Assembly (NCBI GenBank): GCA_964188305.1
Contig: OZ076892.1
DNA from: Podarcis bocagei
Lineage: Eukaryota
Strand: one strand, 5' to 3'
Length of the DNA stretch: 64,000 nt
The notes below the pieces were generated by a model. That model made no database searches. It was not told where the DNA came from and saw only the letters and a list, made by a program, of their open reading frames with translations. A program made the translations under genes and the position numbers. Below are positions 34,126 to 46,731 of the stretch, one piece after another. Numbering within the stretch: position 1 is the stretch's first letter; every line of letters begins with the position of its first letter.

Positions 34126-37100
34126 TGTAGGGAACCAGATTCCCCTAACATTTTGTATGTTACTTTTCTAATATACTTTTACTAATTATTATTTTTTGCA
34201 TAATTTAGCCAATTGTATGCATCTTGGTTGGAGAACTTGGTTGGAGAACTGCACAGCAAAATTTTGAGAAGTGTGAGCTTTGAAGGACGGCTATGGTTCA
34301 GTTTGCAGATTGTTTTGGAAAGTGTGAATTAGGTACCTTTGTCTTTAAAAGAAATCCAAATCACATTTCTCACCTATCCTCACATAGCAGCCATGGGAGA
34401 CTCGGAGGGATTCACAGAGCCATAGGGCTCTGCACAGCCCTACTCCCCAGTTGATCCAGGGAACATCAGACCAAGATCTGGCCTCAAAACAATATGAGGA
34501 GATGGCTAATGTTTAAACAGGGTTTTTTTAAAAATTCTAATTGAACATATGGTTGGGACTGGGAAGGAGAAGCAGGAGAAACAAATCCATTCAGCCTATA
34601 GTAGAATTGAATCCTCCACTGACCAGCTACTGAGTGGGGGAGTCAGTCCTGCAGGGTGCTGTTTTGCAAGTGTCTTCCCTTTGTGGAGCTTTCCAGATGG
34701 TCAGTGGAGGAGTCACTCATGGTGGGATCTGTTACCTTAGTACATTCCCTGCATGGAACACACTGGTGAAGCAGAAGTCTGCAACCTTCTTGCTCAATTT
34801 CTCACTCCCTAAGAGCTTTGGATTGCTCTAGGTACCCCAACCAGGGTCAATCTGGTCTGCCTTGGCCAAAACCCAGATTCCCAGAAATCGGCTCAGTTCT
34901 GGTGAATAGACCCACTGCAACCTTCTCATAATGCTGTTTACATTGGGAGTGATGACGCAATTTGTTTCAGTGGAAGTTTCTTTCCCTATACCAATAGCAG
35001 CTTCAGGTGGAAGGATTTTATGAACTCTATGGAGAGTGGAAAGGGTGTAAAATGACCCTCTCCACCTTCTTGTCATGGTACCCTCACCCCTCCCATGGCT
35101 GCTATTTATATTTTTAAAACTAGGAATGCTATACTGCTGATTTGGTTGTAAATCTCAGCAATGTGTGAAACACATCAAAGGACTTGTCATTTCCCCCTTT
35201 TGCCTCTCTCTGTATTCTCAAAATAAGAGCACTCCCAACTATCTTGCTGTATTCTCAAAATTCGATTTCCTTCTTTGTATTAAAATGTTATCTCCAGTCA
35301 TTAACAGGCACTCTCTTTGAGTTCACAGCCACCGATAACAGCTATCTTGCATGGTTTGGTTGGATTTATCTTTATCTTTTCACATTCCATCCCTGCTTTT
35401 TTATTGTTTTCTTTTATATTCTCCCTATTATCCTTGAAAGATATAATCATTTGAAACACAAGGAACCTTTATATGAGGTAACTGTTCCCCTTCCATATGC
35501 CAAAGGATGCCTCTTATAAGGCAGTGGGGATCAACTGTAGTCACCTACCAGAAGCTCTGTTCATCAGAATCCATATCTGGGGCCTATCTACAGCAATGAA
35601 CAGTTTCAAATCAGTTTATACTTCAGGATGCTCCCCAAATTTTCCTTATCTTAATTTCTCTGTAGATCATGGAGTTTTGAATAACCTGGTCATGTTTGCA
35701 AAGCAGAACCAAGACATTAGGAATCCTCCATTAATCTCTTTTATATTTCCCAATTTGGCACAAAGTATTGCACACATTGTGTGGCTAGCTTTCAGTTCAT
35801 TTGTTTATTTCCTCTGCATTGCCACTATTCATCGATATGACTCTGGAACAAAGCAACCTCAGTGTGACCATATGTGCAACAGTAACAAGAGGGTTGAAGC
35901 CAACTGTGCAATAGATTTTGATCTAGCAGATGCCTCCACTTTCACAGCAGAGGGAGACAATTTTCTGGGACAATTCCTCCCTCTCCCTGCATGCCAAAGT
36001 CTTTGCTTCAGAATGTTAGAAGACCTTGCAGAATGGTGTGGAAGGTGGCATATGGGGCTGCAAAATGACTCCCCTCCTCTTCTGTTAGCAGTGTGGGGTA
36101 CCTTTGGCCCTCTTAATGTTGTTGAACTAGAACTCCCATCAGCAAGCATAACTAAAGGCCAGAGATGATAGGAGCTGTAGATTGGCAATAGCTGGATGGC
36201 CAGAATTTCCCCACACTTGATAATACATCAATTATTTTTCTGTGAATGAAAGAGGCAGCATTGGATACAATCCAATGTGGTATGTGTGCTATTTTACTGA
36301 TGTGCAGGAGCTATGGGCACATCAGTGAAACACCACACAAAAAGAATTGTGTTGTAGTCATGTGCAGATCAGTATTAAGAATGGCTGTTGTTTTCCATTG
36401 TCATTGTTCTTTTGTTTCGTTTATCAGTGTGCATGTACAATGTGCATGTTGGCAATATTGTGGAGGTGAATTGAATACAAATGAACAGAAGGAGCTGGTA
36501 GCTGGAGCAAAGTGTTCATGTTTTGATTCACACAAGCATTCTGAAGTGAACCTGAGATGAGGAAACCTTATTTGTTTCTCTTCACTAACTCCTTGAAATG
36601 CAAATGTCTTCTGGATAGATTGCCAAGGAAGTATATGAGTACTTACATGTAGTGATTCTGCCAACATTCTTGTTTCCAGGTTTCAGTAGCAGTTGGAATG
36701 GTGGTATTGCTTGCATGACCTCCCATGACTGTCATCACTGTGGCATACCAAAAGGGTGAGACAATAGCAAGGTTGGTGTGGTGCAAATGGGATGTCAAGC
36801 TCCTACCAGTGCATTTGCACCACGCTGAACTTGCCACAACCCCATCCCTTCACCTCCTGGCACACCATGTGGTGATGGAAAGGTAAGCAGCTGCCCCATT
36901 TACCCAAATGCTACTGCCTGGGTTGGAAAAGACAAATCTTGGTGAATTTATTATGTTTGTTCCAACAAGAAAGAAGAATTGCACCCCAAAGAAGGATTTC
37001 CCAACTTGTATTAAAATTTAAAACAGGTATTAAATGAAGCTGTCCCCCACATACCTCCATGTCCCCTGTCCCTCCACTATCTCGATGCCCCACCTCCACT

Positions 37101-37304
37101 TTGTTCATGCACCAGCGATGGTGGAAAGAGGAAGACACATCTGGAACAATTAAAGAAGGAAGTGAGGTCAAGGGCAAAGGTGTGAAGACATGGTGTCACA
37201 GACTTGTAGGATACTGATGAGTGTGCACCAGGGGAAGTGGGGCTGGAGAAGCCTTTGGGGCTATAGTGGGGAGAAAGATGGTTTCCAATGCCATTGTTAA
37301 AAAC

Positions 37305-37560
37305 AGAAGAAAATCCTGCAGGATCAGGCCAGTGGCCCATCTAGTCCAGCTTCCTGTACTCACAGTAGCCAAGCAGATCCCTGTGGGAAGGCTAGAAAGC
37401 AGAGTTGGAGGGCAACAGCACTCTCCTGTCAAACATTTTCCAGGAACTGCCTCTGACAGTGGAGGCAGATAGCCTTATCCTCCATGAATTTGTCAGTCCT
37501 CTTTAAAAGCCATTGAAGTTCATGGTCAGCACTACCTCCTGCAAGAGTGAACTCCACAGC
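37305..37560 (-). mobile_element. CR1-type LINE 3' end
   Basis: GGATCAGGCCAGTGGCCCATCTAGTCCAGC.. motif. Related fragments at ~7270-7432, 52955-53097 and 56725-56850. Confidence 0.65.
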
Positions 37561-37616
37561 AGACATAGTTGGCCCTGCCATTAGGCAAAGTGAATCAACT
37601 GCCTCAGGTGGCAGAT

Positions 37617-37955
37617 GAAAAGGTAAAGGGACCCCTGACCATTAGGTCCAGTCGTGGCTGACTCTGGGGTTGCAGCGCTCATCTTGCTTTATTGGCCGAG
37701 GGAGCCGGTGTACAGCTTCCGGGTCACGTGGCCAGCAGGACTAAGCCACTTCTGGCAAACCAGAGCAGCGCACGGAAATGCCGTTTACTTTCCTGTCAGA
37801 GTGGTACCTATTTATCTACTTGCACTTTGACATGCTTTCGAATTGCTAGTTGGCAGGAGCAGGGACCGAGCAACGGGAGCTCACCCCATCACGGGGATTT
37901 GAACCGCCAACCTTCTGATCAACAAGTCCTAGGCTCTGTGGTTTAACCCACAGTG
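37617..37955 (-). mobile_element. Sauria SINE, slightly 5'-truncated
   Basis: Reverse complement of the 42563 copy. TSD CAGGTGG(C/T)AGAT at 37605-37616 and 37956-37967. Confidence 0.9.
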
Positions 37956-37967
37956 CAGGTGGTAGAT

Positions 37968-38104
37968 AGAATCATATAACTGTATAGATGGAAGGGACCA
38001 CAAGGGTCCTCTAGTCCAGCACCCTGCAATGCAGGAATCATTTGCTCCACATGGGGCTTGAACCCACAATCCTGAGATTAAGAGTCTCATGCTCTACTGA
38101 CTAA
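37968..38104 (-). mobile_element. tRNA-Lys/CR1 SINE
   Basis: Reverse complement of the 52774-52931 element. Confidence 0.78.
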
Positions 38105-40970
38105 TGCTTGGGGTGCAATGGAGGAAGCCCTCAGGTTTCTCCTCCAGTCATTTCCCCCTGCTGTCGCTTGTTTTCCCTCCATTCGCTGAACTAGTTTAGT
38201 GCTTCAGAAGAGGCATAGGACACTGTCATCTTGCCAAAGTAGATTCAGCCACCACTCCAGTTGGTTTATATATGTGGAATGGAGTAGAATGCCACCTTAT
38301 CCTACAGGCAGCAAAAACATGTCTACAAGTGGCCCTGAATTTCTGCCTTGCATTGAACTATTGGAGGTACAGGAACTTTTTGGAGGGAAATGACTTTTCT
38401 AGAAAACAGCCCGGAAGCTCAACAGGATCCGAACTGGCCTAGAATTAGGTTATGAATAACTTGAGTATGGGGGAAATGGTTCAGGGATCTTTTTAGCCCC
38501 ATTTTGAGATTCTCATTGGGAGTTCTCCCCATCTGGAATACATGCTGTTGCAATTGAGTACTTGCAATGGATATGTACTATAGGTGCTTGAAAAACAGAA
38601 TTCACACCCCTGTGTCTTGAATTGCTCAAACGGTACTGGAATTAATCAACTCAATCAGTCATCTCTTTAATCACCATTGAAATATTTCTACCATTTTTTA
38701 ATTTCTTCCAGTGACATACTTTATTTCCAATCTACCAACCTAAGATACTGTTAAATAAAAATAAAAATGATTGTTCAGGAAGAACCTATTGGGTATTTGG
38801 AAGATAGATCAAATAGTCATGTAATTAGCTCAGGAATCAGAAGAATCAAGAAATGCCTTTTTCATATTAGTATATTCTTTGTAAAAAATTTGTAGATATT
38901 TAATTAACATTTATCAAAATAGCCTACAGCAAATTAAAAATTAATTGTTCAAATAGTGACATTTAATGAGCATGTTCAGTGATAATAGACTTGCAGGCTA
39001 TACAGCTGTTAAAAACCTCCCAACCAGATACTATACCAAACATGATCTAGATAAAGCTTTTCAACTCTGAAGCACTTACAGCAGGGATTGCCAGTCCTGA
39101 TATCATCATAACATAGATGATTAACAGGTTAGCAGCTCCATTCCACTGTCAAGCTTGGTCTGCAGAAGATGGAGGAGATAATTATTTGTCCCACTGACCA
39201 GATTCTATTGGCCAGCCATGAAGTAAAGGGTAAGGTTTTTCCTTCTTTTGGGGGGTAGGGTTCCTGCAGAAAAAGAATGAGCAACTTTCTCATCTCCCAT
39301 TTTATTGGTCCATGTGATACTATGATCTATAGGTTAACAAAAACAGCATCTGGGCTACGCACACCATGCTTTCTTGTCTGAATATGTTAAATAAATAAAA
39401 AAATCATTTTAAATCCATTTGCTGCAGCCACCTCTCTTGCAATGTGCTTGCAACAAGAAGTTAATGCACAGGGGGACTAAAGTGGAAAATATATATTCCA
39501 CAGAATAAAGTTTGCAAAGAATTTTACAACATGTTGTACAGTTCTGAGATGTGAAGCTCTGTGACTTTAAAAGATATGTTTTACCCTGAATCAAAGCCAC
39601 TAATGGAATCCGGAATCAGCCTTGCAGAGCTAGTCTAGAATTGCACCAGACCAAAGAGAAAAGAGGCGAGAGGTAGTAGGAGAGCACATCTTAGCTTTAT
39701 ATTTTCGAATGGCTCAGATAAAGTGTTATGGAAGTAATTAAAGGGATGCGTATTGCCTTGGGAAAAAATGTATCTATGATGATTCATAATTTCAAGGCCG
39801 GATTTCTGAGTCATTGAAAAAGAATTGTGCCCTGAAGATTTCAGAACTCCCAAACCAATGCAATTTATTTTCATAGAGCATCTATCATACGAAGAAGCCC
39901 AATGTGCTGTACGGGGAGTGAAGTGGAAAGGGAGAGAATATATTATGGAAGCTGAATGCAATGTGATTCCAAGAAATACAAAGAAACAAAATGAAGGGCA
40001 GGGAGAACATAAAGTAGCACCAGGAAGAAAAGAAAGGTGCAATTCAATATAACTGGAAGTTCATTAAAGGAGAGTTGCCATGTGGGAAATGTCTCAAGTC
40101 CCAACTCATTCACTTGTAGCTGATTAGTTCCAGCATATGTGTCTGGCACTCAATTAAAAGTGGAAGTATGTCACGGTCGGAGACTTCTCAAACTTTCTGA
40201 TAGTGAATCTCTTTAAGGCCAACATTCCTTATACCATACATCAGGTACATGGAACCTCAGGCTTGCAGGCCAAATGATGCCATCCAGGCCTCTCTACCTG
40301 GCCCTCAGGTAGACTCTCCTCATGCCACACATGGCCCCAAGTCACATCCCTCACCAGGCCTGCTTTGCACTTTCCTTGAATGTCACAAACCTAGTAATAA
40401 TAATAAATTTTATTTATATCCTGCCCTCCCCAGCCGAAGTTGGGCTCAGGGCGGCTAACAACAATCAAATAATCCAACATTCTAAAAACATTTCATTATA
40501 AAAATTAATTAAAATCAAATTGATGGCACTTTTCCTTGTATTTATTGGCATTTCACTCAGAATGTTTACAATGTTTTTCTTTTTTTATTATAATTCTTTT
40601 CATTATTATTATGATTCATCTCATTTCTTTATCACTGTATATTTTTAAGGGAAAAATATCAGAGCGCTTTACAACCCATGTTAAAACATAAAACAATCCA
40701 GGATAAAATATGACTGAAGGAAGTCGAATATAAAGTATACATTCAAAGCAACATAATTAACAGGAAACTGCAATATTATCTTAAAGATTTTGGAATAAAA
40801 CATTATGAAGTGAAATATAAAATGCACATTTAAAACAGAATAATTAGCAAGAGATCTAAGGATGACAAAGGCCCTGTACACCCTGACTGTCAGCAAGAAC
40901 ATAAGAATAAAACCTGACCCCATCTCTCAGTCATGGAGGGAGCAATTGAAGCATAGGACCAGGGAAGGCA

Positions 40971-40974
<4 letters not shown>

Positions 40975-41016
<42 letters not shown>
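40975..41016. repeat. (GT)n microsatellite
   Basis: Read directly from the sequence. Confidence 0.95.
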
Positions 41017-41017
<1 letters not shown>

Positions 41018-42562
41018 TTTCAAAAAATGATAGCAGCATAATAAGGAGAATTTTTTTTTTTTGAGAAACTACCTAATTCACATTCTTGAATCAATATGTG
41101 AACCAATCATATGTGAACCAATCAGATACTGATCATGGAATCACCAGTATGTTGACAACATGCATCTTGCCCCACCCACTCTCTCCATTCCATCTGAGTG
41201 TTGGACCAGTGCCTGGAAGCAGTGAATGGCTGTATGGGGACCAGTGAAGGTGCTATAGGTGGGTGGTTCCCATGTCTTGGAATTATGCTATGACCTGTCC
41301 TAGGAAGGTTGCACTCCTCCTGAAGGAACCTGCTTGTAGTATAGGAGTAGTTCTTGATTCCAGCTTGTAGGATGAGACTTAAATAGCTTCTGCGGTCAGG
41401 AGTGCTTATGCCTATAGCATAGCTTCAGTTATCCATGCTCTAAAGCAATGTGCTCTACATAGAGTCATATGCTAGATGCCATCTTTAGATGCTCTCACAG
41501 ATTTATTTATTTTTTGCTTTAATTGTGCCTACTGTATTTTACACAGCATTTACACTTCCTATCATTTGCAGTGAGATTACATCTATAGAATGAAGAGTGG
41601 TCAAAAGTTGTCTGATGACAGATTGGCCTGACATGCTTGAACCTGGCCTTTTTTCCTGCTGTGGCTGCACAACAATTATATCCTTGTCCAACTAACTTAC
41701 TGAGACCTAGTTCAAAACCAGAGCAAGCAGATAATATTTTGTTGGCTATGCCTACCGAGATTTGGTCTGAGATTAAATGAACCCAAGGAATTCAGGTACA
41801 GCTGCATTCCCATCACTTTCTTCCACTTAGCGTACACCTAGAGACAGTTGTTCCATGCCAGAATACCTGCTGTTCCATTTGCTTAAACTGGGAATCTCAT
41901 AGAAATATTAGCCCTCACAATAAGGTTTTTCCTCAAAGTTTGGCTGACTCATTCCCCAAACTTGCAGATCTGTACTTAGCATTGTCTGCCCCTGTTTGCA
42001 AAAACAAAAAAACCACTATCTCCTACCTCAAAAATAAATGTGTAAAAGATCTACCGTATTTATTTATTTACTTTAAATCATCATTAATCAAAATGGATAT
42101 TTGCGTGTTGAGATCCCCAATTCACACTTTACACCATAATTTTGTTTAAGGTTTTTGGCATAATTTTGGCCACAACTTTATTAAAATATAAAAAAATGTG
42201 AGTGGTTGCTTAGGCATTGGTTGAGACTATCTGTCCCCGCCCAGGGACAAAACTAATATCCACAAGCCTGCGAAGTCAGTAAGGGAAAACATTTTATGGG
42301 GAGTAAATGGAGCTGGGTACTAGACCTTCACCTATCCCCAAATGCTCCCAGGGGCTTTTGCGTGGCCCTAGCCCCCTTGACAGAGGTGCGGACAAAGGCA
42401 TGGTGAGCCCCCGGATTCCTTTAATGGAATACCCTTGCAGCAGGAGCATTGGAGGGGCATGCACAGCCAATACATACCCCTCCACCAACCATTTTTTCTA
42501 AAACCAATGGCTAACCACAACCTTACAAGTTGTGATGATTTGCTATGCAGTAGGCAAAAACC

Positions 42563-42916
42563 TACAGGGACGCGGGTGGCACCGTGGGTTAAACCATAGA
42601 GCCTAGGACTTGCCGATCAGAAGGTCGGCGGTTCGAATCCCTGCAACGGAGTGAGCTCCTGATGCTCAGTCCCAGCTCCTGCCAACCTAGCAGTTTGAAA
42701 GCACGTCAAAGTGCAAGTAGATAAATAGGTACCACTCCAGCGGGAAGGTAAACAGCGTTTCCGAGTGCTGCTCTGGTTCGCCAGAAGTGGCTTAGTCATG
42801 TTGGCCACATGACTCGGAAGCTGTACGCCGGCTCCCTCGGCCAATAAAGTGAGATGAGCGCCTCAACCCCAGAGTCAGCCACGACTGGACCTAATGGTCA
42901 GGGGTCCCTTTACCTT
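42563..42916 (+). mobile_element. Sauria SINE (POM/Squam1-type), full length
   Basis: tRNA-derived head with A/B boxes (GGTTCGAATCC), conserved AAGTAGATAAATAGGTAC core, ACCTTT tail. 12-bp TSD TAGGCAAAAACC (42551-42562, 42917-42928). Confidence 0.93.
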
Positions 42917-43124
42917 TAGGCAAAAACCAAATGGCACCAGCCAATCAGCCAAATGGACAAAATTCCTACCAGTCCCCTGCCCCAAAAGCAGACAACCCCA
43001 TGACAGGCATAGCAAGGTCAAATGCAAAGAATGACCTAAAATCAGGGAGGGTGGGCAGGTGATCCAATGCAAGCAGTGAAAAGAGGAAGCTCAACGCTGC
43101 GTGCAGGGAATATATACAACCAAG

Positions 43125-43582
43125 CAGCGGCATAGCCTGGGTTGTCAGCACCCGGGGCAAGGCAAGTAATTTGCACCCCCTAACCCGGGGCAAGGCAAGT
43201 AATTTGTGCCCCCTAAACCGGGGCAAGGCAAGTAATTTGCGCCCCCTAACCCCTAACCTGCTGCCGCTGCCAGCTTCTTCTTGCTGCTGCCTGGTCTGGT
43301 CTGGTGTGGTTCTCTCCCACGCTCAGCGCTGTGCTGGGCGGCCGCTGCACTGTCCCTCCCCCAGATAGTCCCTCGCTCTCTCTCCGCACCGCACGCCTGG
43401 CACCCACCCCCTCCACAGTGGGCGGTGACCCAGCGGCTCGGATCGGATTCGCACAGCCAGCACTGCAGTGAGAGAGAGTGAGTGAGCCAGGTAGGAGCAG
43501 AGAGCTGCGAGTGCGAGCGCCTCCCCCCGATGTTGCGCCCGGTGCGGCTGGCCCGCCCTGCACCCCCCACGCTACGCCACTG
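43125..43582. mobile_element. Non-autonomous hAT DNA transposon (458 bp), GC/CpG-rich
   Basis: TIRs CAGCGGCATAGC / GCTACGCCACTG. Perfect 8-bp TSD CAACCAAG (43117-43124, 43583-43590). Three 33-bp subterminal tandem repeats at 43151-43249. Confidence 0.9.
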
Positions 43583-45407
43583 CAACCAAGGCTGTCAATC
43601 AAAATTGGCAACATCAAACTCTCCCCAGCAACCGGAGGAGCCCAGTCACAACTGTGGCCATTCAAACCAACTCACACAGCAATAAAGGGGTTTCTGGTTA
43701 ACCCCACCACAACCCGTGCTGTCCATGAAGGAGAACATGCTTTCTGCAAATCTCATTTACAACATGTTAAAAGTTCAACACTATTTTGCCCAAGAAGTCT
43801 TAAAACTTTCAAAAGCCTGAAAAAATATTTATTTAGATACTATTTTGAATACCTTAAAAGCACATTTCAAAGTTGCTCTCCATCTAAATATTGAAGGTGT
43901 AGCAATTCTTCTCAGAGCATGGATGAAATGAGACAAAAAAAAAAAGTCAGAGAGACTGCATTTTAAAAGCCAGCCTGTATTATAAAGTTATTTAAACTCT
44001 CACTTTTTTTTCCAAACCCAGCCCTAAATGAAATGTTTAATTCTCTTTAAATGTGTGACACCATCCATCACCATTTTAGTCAGACACATAATAATGTATA
44101 ATCTCAGCTTGCTGTCCACTTGTAAAAATGGGAATAGACTCAGTGAAATAAGCAATTTCCCCACAGAAAATTGGAAATTCTGCCAACCAATTCCAGGTGA
44201 CTTGCCATCAATCAGTGTTAGATTCTCCCAAGCTGTTACTGAAGGGTATTGCTATAAGTGTAGGGCTTCACCTGGTGACTAATGGCACATAACAAATACA
44301 TTCAAGAACTATAGAAATCCTAAGATTCTGTAATTGTCAGTTAACTTTCAGCAAAGACCTTCTCGGGGATTTGAAATAAAATAAGATTCCCCCCACGCAC
44401 CCATTCTTTTGCACTCATATAGTAGCCATACTTTTGCTTCTTATTATAACGTGCTTAGGGAGAGACAAAATTGTTACAAGTCTCTGTATCATCATGCAGT
44501 ACCATCACAGTTTATTGAGGCACAAAGCAGACCCTTCATTATCTGGAGGCTTAATGTGTGTCTTTGTCACTGCTGGTCTATTTGTATTCCAGTAATTATT
44601 CTGAATTCAAGCTCAAATAAGTTCCAGCTCCCTGTCAAACTTTTAAAGTACTATTATTAAAGTACTCTGGAGTTCAAATTTCCAGAGCAACCCCCCCCCC
44701 CTTTCATTTAAATTAACGGCAAGTGTATGTAAAATTCATTAACTCTCCTGTCTGCTCACATATAGAGACAGAGTAACTGTGAGTTTACTTTAGAGATGGA
44801 AAAATATTGGGCAGATAAGAAATCTTGAATGAGCCGAACTAGCATCAACCAGAGAAATTATGATGGATTTGTGATAGGAGACTTGCAGGGTAGGAAAATA
44901 GGTTTGTCAAAGTTGAAATCCAATTGGATATGAAGCTAAGGCTCAGAAAGTACACAATCTGAACCCCCTAGATGAGCATCAAAGGAGTGGGTGGAAAGAG
45001 TTGGAAGAAAAATTGAAAACTGGGAAGGCTTAATCCTGCAATCAGAAGTGTTTTGACAGATATGTTCATGCACAACCCACCTAGCACTATCAGCTTCAAG
45101 TTCATTTCCCATGGCAGGAGTGGGCAGACTGCAACCTTTCGGGATCTAGTTTAAAAACAAAAAAAACCCCACAAACCTGAAGCTTGAAAGCCACCAACTG
45201 GAGCCAGATGGAAAACAGTGGTTCAGCTGGGTGTAAGCTAAGCAATGGTGGCTGGTTCCCATTGATCCTGGTGGGATGGAGGCAGAGAGGTCAATAGGAA
45301 GTGGAGCTAGAGCCAGTGATGGCCATAACCAATTAGACAGAGCCAACCAAATCTAGTTTTGCCCTGTCCTCTTCCTGATGTGTTCTACAAGGGGCAGCAA
45401 GCACTCC

Positions 45408-45658
45408 AGTTGGAGAACAGCCTTTACCAAAGGTGTCATAGACTTTGAAGAAGCACGAACTCAGGGTGAAAAGGAGAAATGAGCTAAGAGGAAGGCACGT
45501 TTGGTGATCAACTTCCACCCTGAAACCTATGTCCCCTCTGTGGAAAGATGTGTGGATACAGAATTGGCCTCCAGAGTCACTAACGGACTCACTGTTAAGA
45601 CCATGTTCATTGAAGACAATCTTACTCGGCTATGAGTGATTGCCAGAGAAAGAAGACA
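45408..45658 (+). mobile_element. RTE-clade LINE 3' end (second family)
   Basis: Translates to 'WRTAFTKGVIDFEEART..CPLCGKMCGYRIGLQSH*RTH', then a short 3' UTR and a GAA-type tail. Confidence 0.72.
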
Positions 45659-46308
45659 AGGGGCAGCACTGAGATGAAGGAAAAGATAGATGACAAGCAA
45701 TCCTGCCCCTTTGACTGGATGTAAGTAAGAAGGCAGGCAAGTGGACGGCAGAATGAGTTGGTGGGACAGCAGCCCATTTGCCCTAATGGACTGATCTCTA
45801 CTGCTGATAAGAGATAAGGAATAATTCAGTTCTAGAATCAAGTCCATGAATCTTTTCACATAAAAACTGCATGTTCCATATCCCTAAACATGCTTTTTCA
45901 GCAGCCTAATTTAGGAGTAGAGGCAGTGCAGAGATAGAGAAAGTTTTTGAGATGTTGCTACTGTTAGACAATTGGGAGTCATTTTTTTGGAGGGGATATC
46001 TGTTTACAGTTTTCCTCTCTCCTACCTTGGCTGTGGTCCCTACTGCAATACAATCTATCCCAGCCCCCAGCCCCAGTCCTGGACTCTTTGTCTAATGAAC
46101 CAGAAAGCTTCCTAGTCAGAGGAGACAAATACTGTGCAGCTGGATTAGGGTAGTGCGAGGAATTAGATGTGCTAAAGGGAGAAGAAGAGAAAGCAAGCAA
46201 GCAAGAAAAACATCAGCTCAAGTATTCTCTGAACCAAGGAAAAAGTGGGGCACAGCTCTTCTTCAAAGGACAAATTAAAATACTGTCCTCAGCACTAAGG
46301 TGCTAGCC

Positions 46309-46731
46309 CAGGGATGGAGAAATTTGATTTTATTTGCATTTTAATGGGAAGCTCCCTAATTCATACTTCTTTAACCAATAAGCAAAACCAAATGAAAGCT
46401 AAACTTCAAAATTTGCACTTCTCAAAATTTTGCAATGCAGCTCTCCAACCAAACAATGTGTACAAAAATGCATGTGTGAGAAGTATGCATAAGAATGCAT
46501 ATACTGGTGAAAATAACATACAAAATTCATTACATTAGGTGAAATTTCTGGCAAAAAAAAAAGTATATTAGGAGAAATCCACACTAAAATGATAATGAAT
46601 TTTCATGAGGACTTTTTTCCAAATAAATAATAGTAATATCAAATTGTTGCAGAAACGTGGAGAATTTAATATAAGTTTTTAAAAAATGAGAAACGGAGAA
46701 AAACCAAAATTGGCAGAGTCTTATATCCGTA
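46309..46731 (+). mobile_element. AT-rich ~420-bp interspersed repeat with AGGGATGG..ATCCCT-type ends (probable non-autonomous DNA transposon)
   Basis: Decayed homologues at ~1830-2370, 19577-19838, 22130-22270, 32760-32905 plus 34139-34381, 58905-59222 and 62810-63259. Confidence 0.65.

Larger units (their letters stand above)
37570..38338. mobile_element. Decayed hAT-like non-autonomous element hosting two SINEs
   Basis: The host text GCCTCAGGTGGCAGATG continues as ATGCTTGGGG after the inserts and ends GGCAGCAAAAA..GGCCCTG. Confidence 0.45.
42113..43745 (-). mobile_element. Same unclassified repeat, copy 2, interrupted by a Sauria SINE and a hAT element
   Basis: Homology to 33415-34125 resumes on both sides of each insertion. 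AATAAAGTTGTGGCC on the minus strand at ~42168-42182. Confidence 0.7.

Noticed and set aside
35497-36168. 223-aa ORF as a host CDS (also the 206-aa ORF at 28558-29178 and the 168-aa ORF at 1680-2186)
   Set aside because: No recognisable domain or coding-like composition, and each runs across MITE or LINE remnants.
43151-43249. CRISPR-like array or interstitial telomere
   Set aside because: The units are contiguous with no spacers, in a eukaryotic context, inside a TIR/TSD-bounded hAT. Only isolated CCCTAA hexamers are present.
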